Positions 9,409 through 17,708 are shown, numbered from the stretch's first letter. The stretch is DNA of 64,000 nt from a virus (IMGVR_UViG_3300027760_000553:35583-99582), one strand, 5' to 3'. Program-made: numbers and translations. Notes: generated from the sequence alone by a model not told the origin.

Positions 9409-10134
9409 TTAATTATCCTTAATAATAAAGTTACTAACAACAAGAACTATCCTTGTGTTATCATTTATTTGTTTTATTTTATCATGGTTTGCTACAAAAT
9501 CTATATCACCAATCACAGAAAACTCTGTAGGCAGTGTCATGTTGCAGCAAATTGCAATCTGCTTTTTTACTTTTTCAAAATTATAATTTTTAATTAAATA
9601 ATCAAGTACTTCCATAAGATTATCCGCATATAGTGGTGTTACAAATGACCCTGCAGTATCCTTATGTTTCTTTAAGTTTTCTATAACTGTATGGATACCA
9701 TGCGATATAGTGATATCTCCACCAACAAAGCCACTAATTACATAGGCATTAAGGAATGCGTTTGGTCCAGGTACAACCACATACTCAAAGTTATTTTTAA
9801 TGCATTCCTGAATAAACTGACTTCCTGGATCTGCAACCCCAATTAGACCTTCTGATGCTACAAGCAATACTGTTTTTCCAGATTCAATATATTCTTTGAA
9901 AAGTTTGATTTGATCTGGATCAGCATATGTTGAATCTTTGCTTTTTAAAACAACTATGTCTTTTTTAATTTTAAGTTGTTTTATTATGTTTATAGCATTA
10001 ATCTCTGAATCATCACTAAAAATAACATCTGAACTAACAAAATAGTCTAGCATTCTTTGAGACATATCGGAAATATTACCAATATGCATTGATCCAACAA
10101 TTAATTTACCACTCTTTGCTGAGGTGGCAGGCAT
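9409..10134 (-). CDS. rsmI: RsmI-like SAM-dependent (tetrapyrrole-methylase fold) methyltransferase; start codon uncertain
   Basis: GKLIVGSMHIGNISDMS, LVASEG...ADPG, VVPGPNA...SG; the nearest upstream in-frame ATG (10134) lies inside the tRNA. Confidence 0.7.
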   Translation of the reverse strand: MPATSAKSGKLIVGSMHIGNISDMSQRMLDYFVSSDVIFSDDSEINAINIIKQLKIKKDIVVLKSKDSTYADPDQIKLFKEYIESGKTVLLVASEGLIGVADPGSQFIQECIKNNFEYVVVPGPNAFLNAYVISGFVGGDITISHGIHTVIENLKKHKDTAGSFVTPLYADNLMEVLDYLIKNYNFEKVKKQIAICCNMTLPTEFSVIGDIDFVANHDKIKQINDNTRIVLVVSNFIIKDN

Positions 10135-10191
10135 CGATCCTGCGACATCCGAATTAACAGTTCGGCACTCTACCATCTGAGTTACACCCCA
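10119..10191 (-). tRNA. tRNA-Asn (anticodon GTT), 73 nt, CCA not encoded
   Basis: Cloverleaf: acceptor TGGGGTG/CACCTCA + G73; D arm ACTC/GAGT; anticodon arm CCGAA-CTGTTAA-TTCGG; T arm GCAGG-ATCGATG-CCTGC. Confidence 0.92.
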
Positions 10192-10198
10192 AAACCTT

Positions 10199-10984
10199 TT
10201 ATGCTGTTACTTTTACTGGCTTGCCAATAATAGATCCCACAGAAACATATTGTGCTGCAACAGATGCTGTAGCAGAAGATGTTGTTAGTGGAATAGTCTT
10301 AAACAGTGTTGATGAAAAGTTGTCACCAATCAAAGGTAGTCTGACAAGATTTGCAGAGTATTTAACTGATGTTGAATCAGCAAAACCTGGTGTAGTTACA
10401 GCATTGACTGATGAAAGACACGCTGGATAGTCAATCTTTGTGCTTCCAAATGTATTTCCTGCTGAGGCAAATACTTGAATTCCCTTAGAGTTAAGAGAAC
10501 TAATTAAGGATTTAATCATTGCATCTGCAGCATCAACTGTGTATGGTGCAGAAGATGATGGCATGCATGGCTTTGATGGACTATTAAAGTATCTTGAAAA
10601 TGATACTGCACCAATATTTTGAGAATTACTATCTACCCATTTTAAAGCCTCAATAAACATTACTGGTGTTACATCTGCAACAGACTTTGAACTTGCTGGT
10701 GCTGATCTAAGAGCAATAATTTTAATACTTGGGTTTTGACGCTTTGCAACTTCAACCATTGCATTGCCATGATTAATGTTATTTCCAATACTTGAATTTG
10801 TAATAGTAACAACATCTGTGCATGAAGATTTTGTTTCTACAACAATGCATGAAACATTTAAACCCGAAACCTTAGAATCAAAATAACTATCAATAATGAC
10901 AAGTGACTTTGAGTCTGCTCCATTTGCTTGAACTGGTACTACAACTGAAAATAATACTACTGCTAGTGCTACGATCTTTTTCAT
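10199..10984 (-). CDS. Secreted subtilisin-like (S8) serine peptidase
   Basis: Signal peptide MKKIVALAVVLFSVVVPVQANG; VIIDS (Asp), NHG (His), ASAGN (oxyanion Asn), TTSSATA (Ser); AAGGA RBS before ATG 10984. Confidence 0.7.
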   Translation of the reverse strand: MKKIVALAVVLFSVVVPVQANGADSKSLVIIDSYFDSKVSGLNVSCIVVETKSSCTDVVTITNSSIGNNINHGNAMVEVAKRQNPSIKIIALRSAPASSKSVADVTPVMFIEALKWVDSNSQNIGAVSFSRYFNSPSKPCMPSSSAPYTVDAADAMIKSLISSLNSKGIQVFASAGNTFGSTKIDYPACLSSVNAVTTPGFADSTSVKYSANLVRLPLIGDNFSSTLFKTIPLTTSSATASVAAQYVSVGSIIGKPVKVTA

Positions 10985-11001
10985 TTTATTCCTTTTCATT
11001 T

Positions 11002-11205
11002 TTACGATATCATCAATCTGACGACATGTTGGCATGGGTCGCCACCTGCTTCCCATTCTTCTGCTTCTTCTTCACCTATGTATTCATATCCACCATCATG
11101 GGTATTGCAATATGGTGGTGTTACCCAACCACGATCAATACCGTTTGACAACCAGATACCAAATTCTTGTTCTTCAGGTGACAAATCATCGTGTGTGTGA
11201 TTCAT
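11002..11205 (-). CDS. Small acidic hypothetical protein with C/H ligands
   Basis: WL..GI.RGW...YCNTHDG...GGDPCQHV; leaderless start (TATACT-N6-ATG). Confidence 0.65.
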   Translation of the reverse strand: MNHTHDDLSPEEQEFGIWLSNGIDRGWVTPPYCNTHDGGYEYIGEEEAEEWEAGGDPCQHVVRLMIS

Positions 11206-11220
11206 ACTTTAAGTATACTC

Positions 11221-11745
11221 CTAGATACTAACTACATCAACTGGCCCCATACATGATGGGTTAAATTTAATTGCAGCATTTACTGCTTGTACTACTCTAT
11301 TTCTTGCATTTTTTTGTTTATCTGTTGCATATAAAACACCGTAAGCATATTCTGCTCCAGAACCCATAGCAAGATATGGAAGTGTGTATTTAGATAAAGA
11401 CATATCTGCAGAACTGTGTTCATATATGTTTCCACGAACTGCAATGATCAAACCAAGGTCTCCATCTTTAGATGTGTCAACCCAGAACTCATTGTAGAAT
11501 TCACGAAGTTCTTTGATAAATTTTGTTTGCATGTGCTTGTCAGTATCTTTTAAGATTGGAGCAGTTGGTTTAAAGTTGTAACGAATTCTTTCTCCGTCCA
11601 TTGCACCAGCATATCCAATTAAGTATGGACCTATCTTCCAAACCTTTGGTGCTTCAAGTGCTAGAATGGTACCATCATCTGATGCTCCACGATCTCCAGC
11701 CATATAAATTTTATCTTCATGTCGTACAACTGCAATACAAGTCAT
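11221..11745 (-). CDS. HslV / proteasome beta-subunit-like Ntn protease
   Basis: N-terminal MTCI (Thr nucleophile), AGD, PK, AMGSG. Confidence 0.8.
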   Translation of the reverse strand: MTCIAVVRHEDKIYMAGDRGASDDGTILALEAPKVWKIGPYLIGYAGAMDGERIRYNFKPTAPILKDTDKHMQTKFIKELREFYNEFWVDTSKDGDLGLIIAVRGNIYEHSSADMSLSKYTLPYLAMGSGAEYAYGVLYATDKQKNARNRVVQAVNAAIKFNPSCMGPVDVVSI

Positions 11746-11750
11746 TACAA

Positions 11751-11801
11751 AGCCCTCTCCAGATAGGTGATACTCAAGTATACCATTTTCCAGAGAGGGC
11801 T
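11751..11801 (-). promoter_or_regulatory. 13-bp inverted repeat (two G-U pairs) enclosing the -10 and covering the HslV RBS; possible terminator or translation-blocking hairpin
   Basis: AGCCCTCTCTGGA ... TCTGGAGAGGGCT followed by TTGT. Confidence 0.6.
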
Positions 11802-11806
11802 GTCAA
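11777..11806 (-). promoter_or_regulatory. Sigma70/SigA promoter TTGACA-N18-TATACT with TG extension, upstream of the HslV-like gene
   Basis: Consensus -35 at 11801-11806; TGGTATACT at 11777-11785. Confidence 0.75.
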
Positions 11807-11822
11807 TTAGGGGTAATAATGA

Positions 11823-12107
11823 CTAATTAGCCTTTTTATCTACCGTTTTAAAGGCATCATTTATTTCTGCTAATGATAGCCTTCCATCGTCCAAAAAAGC
11901 CCTTGCCAGTCTTTCAATAACTGTTGCTACTCCTAAGAGTCCTGCAAGCATAACTGCCTGAACTGTGTCAATTCCTACTACGGCTCCTGCTCCCAAGACT
12001 GATAGTCCTGATGCTGCAAATACCGCAAGAATTCTCATTAGAATATTTGTTATTGCTTTCTGTGGGTGCTCCTGCTTTGGTGGTTCTACTATTTTTTTAG
12101 TTGCCAT
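11823..12107 (-). CDS. Small two-TM membrane protein (holin-like candidate)
   Basis: Two hydrophobic segments and a charged C-terminus (DDGRLSLAEINDAF). Confidence 0.55.
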   Translation of the reverse strand: MATKKIVEPPKQEHPQKAITNILMRILAVFAASGLSVLGAGAVVGIDTVQAVMLAGLLGVATVIERLARAFLDDGRLSLAEINDAFKTVDKKAN

Positions 12108-12319
12108 TATTTATCTCCTTTTCCTGCAAAGTATCCACCAATAATTCCTATTAGTCCTACTAATGCATTTTGTACTAATGCGATTGCATCTTCGTTTGTT
12201 CCATATTTTTCACCTGATGTTGATTGTTGGAGAAGCATTGAAGCATATTCCCCAATAACTACAAGACCAATGAACCCTAATATACCTAGGGTAATTACCC
12301 ACATTAATTTATCTTTCAT
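12107..12319 (-). CDS. Small two-TM membrane protein
   Basis: Two hydrophobic helices, ends GIIGGYFAGK; TAATG coupling. Confidence 0.65.
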   Translation of the reverse strand: MKDKLMWVITLGILGFIGLVVIGEYASMLLQQSTSGEKYGTNEDAIALVQNALVGLIGIIGGYFAGKGDK

Positions 12320-12549
12320 TATTTATCCTCTTTTCTTAGCGGGATTGTAATTAGCCAAATAATTGTTGTTGCCATTACAGCAATACCAACAATGTCTCTT
12401 GCTGATCCCGTCAAAGTTAACCATGCGATAAAGAAGCCAAGGAGGGTAAATGCCTGTGCAATTAATTCCATTCCTGCATCCTTAAACCATTTAACTAATC
12501 CTTTGAGCATTTTGCCTACTAGGTTGATGGCTTTATTGATTATTTTCAT
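12319..12549 (-). CDS. Small two-TM membrane protein
   Basis: AFTLLGFFIAWLTL and IVGIAVMATTIIWLITIPL helices; ATGA overlap with the PA14 gene. Confidence 0.7.
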   Translation of the reverse strand: MKIINKAINLVGKMLKGLVKWFKDAGMELIAQAFTLLGFFIAWLTLTGSARDIVGIAVMATTIIWLITIPLRKEDK

Positions 12550-14678
12550 TTGTTCCTCCTTATCATTGCCCCTGCAATTTGTGATGCAATGACCACTGGG
12601 ACAATTACTTCTTGTGCTTTTTCTCTCTGATCATCTGTCATGTCCATACCCAACTCAGAAAAATTGGATAGGAGTTCTAATGGATCCACAGCAAATACTG
12701 CTCCAAGTGGATCTGATAAAAATGCATCTGTTTGTACTTCTGTTACTGCATCTGCAAGTGTAAATGGCATTGGAGTATCTCCTGCCTCTGCTGCTTTATC
12801 ATTAAAGGAAACAAATGCAGCAGCAAGTGCTGGGTTAGATTTCATTTGATCTGCAACTTTTGCAATTTCTGATGCGGAAATGCCAAGGCTTTCAGCAACT
12901 TGTGTTTTTGCTTCTTGTGTTAAAGCCTTTAGTGTTTGACTAACTGCTGCTGTTTGCTCTGCAGAAAGTTTAACTAACTTATTATCCTTGCTTGTAAGGT
13001 TTGCAATAACACCAGATAAATCTTCTTTGTTTCCTGTGCCATTTTGTGGGATAAGTGCTGCCAACTCTGCATCCTTGATTACTGGATCAATGTTTTCTGA
13101 TGGCTTAAAGTCTGGCCTTGGAAGTGGCTTAGGTTCTGGTTTTGGCTCTACAGAAGGCTCTGGAGCAGGTTCTGGCTTTGGTTCAGGGTTTGGGGCAGGT
13201 GTAGGCTTAGGCTCTTCTGGCTTTGGCTTGTCTGTTGGTTCTGGTTTAGGTCCAGGCTCTTCTGGCTTTGGGCCTGGCTGTGTTGGCTTAGGACCTGGTT
13301 CTTCTGTAACAGTATTATTAGTTGGCTTAGGCTCAGGTTTATCTGTTGGTGGTGGTGAAGGCTTTGGTTTTTCTGGTTCAACTGTTGGCTTTGGTTCTGG
13401 TGTAGGCTGATTTGCTGCAGCATTGGCTGCTGCTTGAGCAATTGCTCTTTGAATTTCTCTTTGCGACTGCTTATCATAGTAACGCCATGCGTCATCAATT
13501 GCACTATTAACATCAAGTATCGCATTATTAAAATTAGATATAGCATTATTCTTTTCAGATAAAGCATCTTCTGTTTCGTTAACAGCGTTGTTATACTCAG
13601 ATGTCTTATTAGTTAAATCTTGATTATATGAGTTTAATGTTGCAACCTCTTGATTATAAATATTTAATTTATTATTATATTCTTGCTGTGCTGCATTCTT
13701 TACACTTAATGCTGCTTGATAATCTGCAGTCTGTGTTGTACTTGCTCCAGATCCAGAAGAAAATGTATCAAGATTACAACTAAAGTTTTGTCCCCACACT
13801 CTTGGATTTCCAGCATAGTCGCAACCTGCACCAGTCCAACCTAAACTGCCAGATGAATCATAGGGTATTCCCCATCCAAGATGATAAGATCCTGGTCCTC
13901 CACCGTTGTACCACCAAATCTCTACATCAAATGTTTTATCTGTGGTTACATCATATATTGGAGAGTATTGACTCCATGTTGTTCCCTGTTCCTTCCAGTT
14001 ATTAATGACAAGGTTTCCATCAATATACATCCTAAAACCATCATCTGTATATCCTGCAAATTTTGTTGATGTAAACCATGACGGTACTGTTATTTTTCCA
14101 GTAAATTTAACTATAAAGTTTTCATATCTATTACCACAAACTGGACGAGTCATGTAGTTTCCATTTAGTGTTCCACTACATAAGAATTGATCTGTGGCTG
14201 CAAGGTCATCAACCCTGATTAAACTATAAACATTGTATGATAAACCAGCACCACCAGCATTATTTAATGCTTGTTGGGCTGTTTGTAGATTAATATTGGC
14301 TACGCCAAGGGCATCATAGGCATTATTCTTATTTGTTAGGGCAGTGGCTACTGTTGCTGTTTGTCCATCTACATTAGACTGGGCAAGATTTTTTGCTTCC
14401 AGTGCTAGGGTTTCTACATCTACTGCATCATCATAATTTTTAATTGCTAGGTCTCTGACATCCCGTAGATTTTTAGCATACATAAACTTATTCTCTGCTA
14501 TATCAATTAGGTTTATTAGACCATCTTTATAGTCTAATTTATCTACTGCGCTATTGAGGTTTTCAATTTGTTTTGCTGCTACTGTTAAGGGATCGTCAGA
14601 GTGAGCATCTTGTGGGGATATTAATAGCCATCCAAAAGCCAATATTGACGCTATTATTATGCGTATTAATCTTTTAAT
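12546..14678 (-). CDS. Exported coiled-coil protein with a PA14 domain, Pro-rich linker and C-terminal membrane anchor; probable ATT start
   Basis: PA14 motifs F.VKFTG.I.VP, TDDGFRMYIDG, WYNGGG; PEPKP repeats; hydrophobic tail then RRNK; signal peptide complete only from ATT at 14678. Confidence 0.75.
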   Translation of the reverse strand: MKRLIRIIIASILAFGWLLISPQDAHSDDPLTVAAKQIENLNSAVDKLDYKDGLINLIDIAENKFMYAKNLRDVRDLAIKNYDDAVDVETLALEAKNLAQSNVDGQTATVATALTNKNNAYDALGVANINLQTAQQALNNAGGAGLSYNVYSLIRVDDLAATDQFLCSGTLNGNYMTRPVCGNRYENFIVKFTGKITVPSWFTSTKFAGYTDDGFRMYIDGNLVINNWKEQGTTWSQYSPIYDVTTDKTFDVEIWWYNGGGPGSYHLGWGIPYDSSGSLGWTGAGCDYAGNPRVWGQNFSCNLDTFSSGSGASTTQTADYQAALSVKNAAQQEYNNKLNIYNQEVATLNSYNQDLTNKTSEYNNAVNETEDALSEKNNAISNFNNAILDVNSAIDDAWRYYDKQSQREIQRAIAQAAANAAANQPTPEPKPTVEPEKPKPSPPPTDKPEPKPTNNTVTEEPGPKPTQPGPKPEEPGPKPEPTDKPKPEEPKPTPAPNPEPKPEPAPEPSVEPKPEPKPLPRPDFKPSENIDPVIKDAELAALIPQNGTGNKEDLSGVIANLTSKDNKLVKLSAEQTAAVSQTLKALTQEAKTQVAESLGISASEIAKVADQMKSNPALAAAFVSFNDKAAEAGDTPMPFTLADAVTEVQTDAFLSDPLGAVFAVDPLELLSNFSELGMDMTDDQREKAQEVIVPVVIASQIAGAMIRRNK
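13090..13410 (-). repeat. Low-complexity Pro/Glu/Lys tandem repeats (PEPKP/PGPKP) within the PA14 protein
   Basis: Repeated ggtt/ctgg/cttt units on the + strand. Confidence 0.85.
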
Positions 14679-14717
14679 TTACCTTTCCCCCTTAGAGACA
14701 AGATGTCTACTAGGATG

Positions 14718-14726
14718 ATTATACCA
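14718..14726 (-). promoter_or_regulatory. Extended -10 promoter TGGTATAAT for the PA14/membrane-protein operon
   Basis: Exact TGnTATAAT immediately after a terminator. Confidence 0.65.
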
Positions 14727-14737
14727 TTTTATTGCAC

Positions 14738-14767
14738 AAAAAAGGGGCTACCGTAATTGGCAACCCC
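14738..14767 (-). terminator. Rho-independent terminator
   Basis: GGGGTTGCC-AATTAC-GGTAGCCCC followed by TTTTTT. Confidence 0.85.
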
Positions 14768-14783
14768 TTTAGTGTTGGACTAA

Positions 14784-15911
14784 TTACTTAACTAAAGTAA
14801 CCTTAGCCTTTGGATTCTTTGCATTCCACTGCTTAGCAAGTGCATTGAATGATGCCTTAAGATTTGCAATTGTAGCAGCATTATCTGCAGTCAACTTAGC
14901 AATCTGTGCATCCTTAGCAACTACAACTGCATCGTGTGCAGTCTTTGCATCAGCAAGTGCCTTTGCAGAAGCAGCCTTCTCTGCTGCAAGAGCAGCATCT
15001 GAAGCAACCTTAGCAGCAGCAGCATCAGCGTTAGCCTTTACAACTGCAGCATCTGCAATAGCCTTAGCAGCAAGTGCTGCATCCTTAGCAGCAACCTGTG
15101 CAGCAAGTTCTGATACTAGATCACGAACTGCAATTTCTGCAAATGGTGCAAGTGCACGAGCAGGAAGACCAACTACATCTGCAGTTGTTGCATCAGATGA
15201 TGTTGTTGGTGCAAATGTGATTAGTGAGCGTGTTCCAGTTGTTGGAAGTGTTGCCTTAAATGTAGCAACTCCAAAGTCTGAAAGTGTAGCGCCAGTTGTT
15301 GCTGTTGCTGTATCTAGTGTTGCTGTAGCAGCAAACACTGTTGCAGTAATTGACTTACCTGATACCTTGTTACCAAATGTATCTGTTGCAGTTACTGTGA
15401 TGTCCTGCTTTGTTCCAGCAGCACCTGATGTAGGTGCAGACACTGTAAGAGAGTTAATCTTACCAGCAGTTCCCTGTACATAGTATGTAAGAGTTGTTCC
15501 TTGATTGTTGATTACAACTGTACCAATTGCTGTTGTTTTTGTGTAGACATAAAATGTTGCTGTTGTTCCTGTACCAGTGGCAATTGTCAAAGATGATGAT
15601 CCTGATGTTGCTCCTACTGGTGCAGCAGTTGTGTGTAGTGCAGACACGATTGTTGCGTTTGTTGCTACGACTGAAACGCTTGTTCCAACATCAACTGTTG
15701 CAATAAACTTTAGTGCGTCAGCAGCATCAACAGAGTTGTCTGCAGGGACTGGCAATGATGCAGGTGTAGCGATTGCTGATGCTGTAGTGTTTGCTACAGA
15801 GTCAAGCGATACAGCGACTGTCATTACAGCAGCACTTGCAGGTGTTGCTACGATTGTGCCCAAAGTCATGGCTGCAACCATGGCTAGTGCGATTTTCTTA
15901 AATGAATTCAT
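14784..15911 (-). CDS. Secreted Ala/Thr-rich surface protein (Ig-like domains plus C-terminal coiled coil)
   Basis: Signal peptide MNSFKKIALAMVAAMTLG...PASA; TATDTFGN Ig-like motif; Ala-rich helix. Confidence 0.7.
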   Translation of the reverse strand: MNSFKKIALAMVAAMTLGTIVATPASAAVMTVAVSLDSVANTTASAIATPASLPVPADNSVDAADALKFIATVDVGTSVSVVATNATIVSALHTTAAPVGATSGSSSLTIATGTGTTATFYVYTKTTAIGTVVINNQGTTLTYYVQGTAGKINSLTVSAPTSGAAGTKQDITVTATDTFGNKVSGKSITATVFAATATLDTATATTGATLSDFGVATFKATLPTTGTRSLITFAPTTSSDATTADVVGLPARALAPFAEIAVRDLVSELAAQVAAKDAALAAKAIADAAVVKANADAAAAKVASDAALAAEKAASAKALADAKTAHDAVVVAKDAQIAKLTADNAATIANLKASFNALAKQWNAKNPKAKVTLVK

Positions 15912-15926
15912 TCATTTCTCTTTTCT

Positions 15927-17708
15927 TTATAGTAGATTAAATCTATCCAAATAATCTTTTACATCATCTGGCATAGGCTTTAATTGTATCACGTTTCCTG
16001 GCTGTAAGTCAAGTCCTGATTTAGGTCTATCCCTAAATGTATGGATCTCAACCTCTTCGTCCATATTTTTTGGGGTATGTGATATTGCCCCAAATATTGC
16101 TCCACACACAGCATCTGCTAAGTCCTTAGAAGATTTTCTTGGGTGGTCAACTCTATTATTTTTCATGATTTTTAATTCTGTTAGTTCTTCGAACAAAAGT
16201 TCGATTGCAGGCATAACAAGTCTTTCCTCATAAACTAGCATGGCCATATCTTCATAATGCTTTTTTGCAACAGAAACAGTCTCAGTTCTCATGCCTACCT
16301 GTTTTAGTTCATTCTGAATATCAAAGGATTGCCAACGGTCAAAAGAAACCATGCCAATATCAAAACCTTGCCTTCTAAGATTTTGAATCCACAACTTAAC
16401 CTCAGACAGGTTTACTGGTCCTTCAGTTTTTGGTTCCCAATAGACTACTGCATCTACAACAACTACTGGTGCTACTTGTTGATAATCTTTAATTACCTGA
16501 ATATTTACCCACTTATCCACATGTGCAATTGCTACTGCACATTTGTCATGCTTTTGTGCAAGGTCAGCATGTACATAATATTTTTTATTTGGATCTGGTT
16601 TAAATGTTTCATCAAATCTTTTGTATGTATCAATTGGGTTTCTTATGGTCATACATGATCTTACTTTTTCTACCTGTTTAAAAAACGCATCAGTTGAATA
16701 TGTTGGAACACATGCAAATCTTTGCATTGCATCTCCAAGGTCTGTATAAAATGCCAACTTGAAGTCATCAATTTTTCTAGTAGGATTAACAACCCAAGTA
16801 GGACGCTTTAATGCAAACACTCCTGGATACTTGTAAGAAACTATGTTGTCTTCATCCCAAGTAATTTTTAATGTATTTCCCTCAGCATCTTCAGGTAAGT
16901 CCTCATTCATAACAAATGTATGATCTTTTGATACAACATCTTTTTCCATAATTACAGCATCATATCTTTGTGAAATAAAGTCGCCTGGATAACGAGGGAA
17001 TGAAAGGAGTGCAACTTTTCCAAGATCTGGAAAACGAGAATCTACAGAGGCACGGAAAGCCTTGTAGATGTTATCTGCGGTCTTTCCTTGATCGTTTCCA
17101 GTACCTACATCATTAGCAAAGCCAGATATCTCATCAAGGACAGCAAGGATAAGGTTCAAGCCCTCATGAGACTCACGCTCTGAGTGACCAGAGTAAACAG
17201 TAATTGCTTTATCAAATTCAATACTTTCTGCTTTAGGGTTATACTTACCAGCAAACCATGGAGACTTTTCGATCTTTGTTTTAAATCCTTTAAAGAAAAC
17301 ATTTTTTGCTTGTTGAGCATTTATAGCAACATTGATTAAGTCAATGGCATCTCCAGAGGGCTTACCGAAGTATCTTGCAGGATCTTTAAGACATAGCAGT
17401 TTGTATACAATATATGCACAGGCTACTGTTGATACAAAGTCTTTCCCAGATCCCTTGCCAAGTTGCAGAATAACTTCGTTCTTTGTATATTTTTTATAAT
17501 AGCGTCTTCCTTCTTCATTACCAAGAAGATCAATCAAGTCCTCCTGTTTATATATTTGGCTCATGGCCTCAACAATGTCATATTGCACTTGAGATAGCGG
17601 AGGCTGACCAAGATAGTCTTCACCCTCAACAAATGTTTTAGCATCTACGGGAGTTTCTTCAAAATTATTATTTTTTAAAGCCTCAAGAAAATCACCAAAA
17701 TCAGCCAT
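15927..17708 (-). CDS. terL: Terminase large subunit
   Basis: Walker A GKGSGKD, Walker B AVLDE, RNase H-like HADLA...FDRWQS...KDLADA. Confidence 0.92.
   Translation of the reverse strand: MADFGDFLEALKNNNFEETPVDAKTFVEGEDYLGQPPLSQVQYDIVEAMSQIYKQEDLIDLLGNEEGRRYYKKYTKNEVILQLGKGSGKDFVSTVACAYIVYKLLCLKDPARYFGKPSGDAIDLINVAINAQQAKNVFFKGFKTKIEKSPWFAGKYNPKAESIEFDKAITVYSGHSERESHEGLNLILAVLDEISGFANDVGTGNDQGKTADNIYKAFRASVDSRFPDLGKVALLSFPRYPGDFISQRYDAVIMEKDVVSKDHTFVMNEDLPEDAEGNTLKITWDEDNIVSYKYPGVFALKRPTWVVNPTRKIDDFKLAFYTDLGDAMQRFACVPTYSTDAFFKQVEKVRSCMTIRNPIDTYKRFDETFKPDPNKKYYVHADLAQKHDKCAVAIAHVDKWVNIQVIKDYQQVAPVVVVDAVVYWEPKTEGPVNLSEVKLWIQNLRRQGFDIGMVSFDRWQSFDIQNELKQVGMRTETVSVAKKHYEDMAMLVYEERLVMPAIELLFEELTELKIMKNNRVDHPRKSSKDLADAVCGAIFGAISHTPKNMDEEVEIHTFRDRPKSGLDLQPGNVIQLKPMPDDVKDYLDRFNLL

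Noticed and set aside
10984-11056. Longer N-terminus given for the S8 peptidase in the ORF track
   Set aside because: Overlaps the upstream gene; the RBS and signal peptide fit ATG 10984
12988-13567. Gly/Ser-rich + strand ORF and Gln-rich alternative-frame ORF; repeat array considered as CRISPR-like
   Set aside because: By-products of the PEPKP coding repeats; no constant repeat with unique spacers
14845-15954. Long + strand Ala-rich ORFs (14845..15483, 15577..15954)
   Set aside because: Antisense shadows of the GCA/GCT-biased secreted protein gene; no RBS, and they oppose the uniform gene orientation
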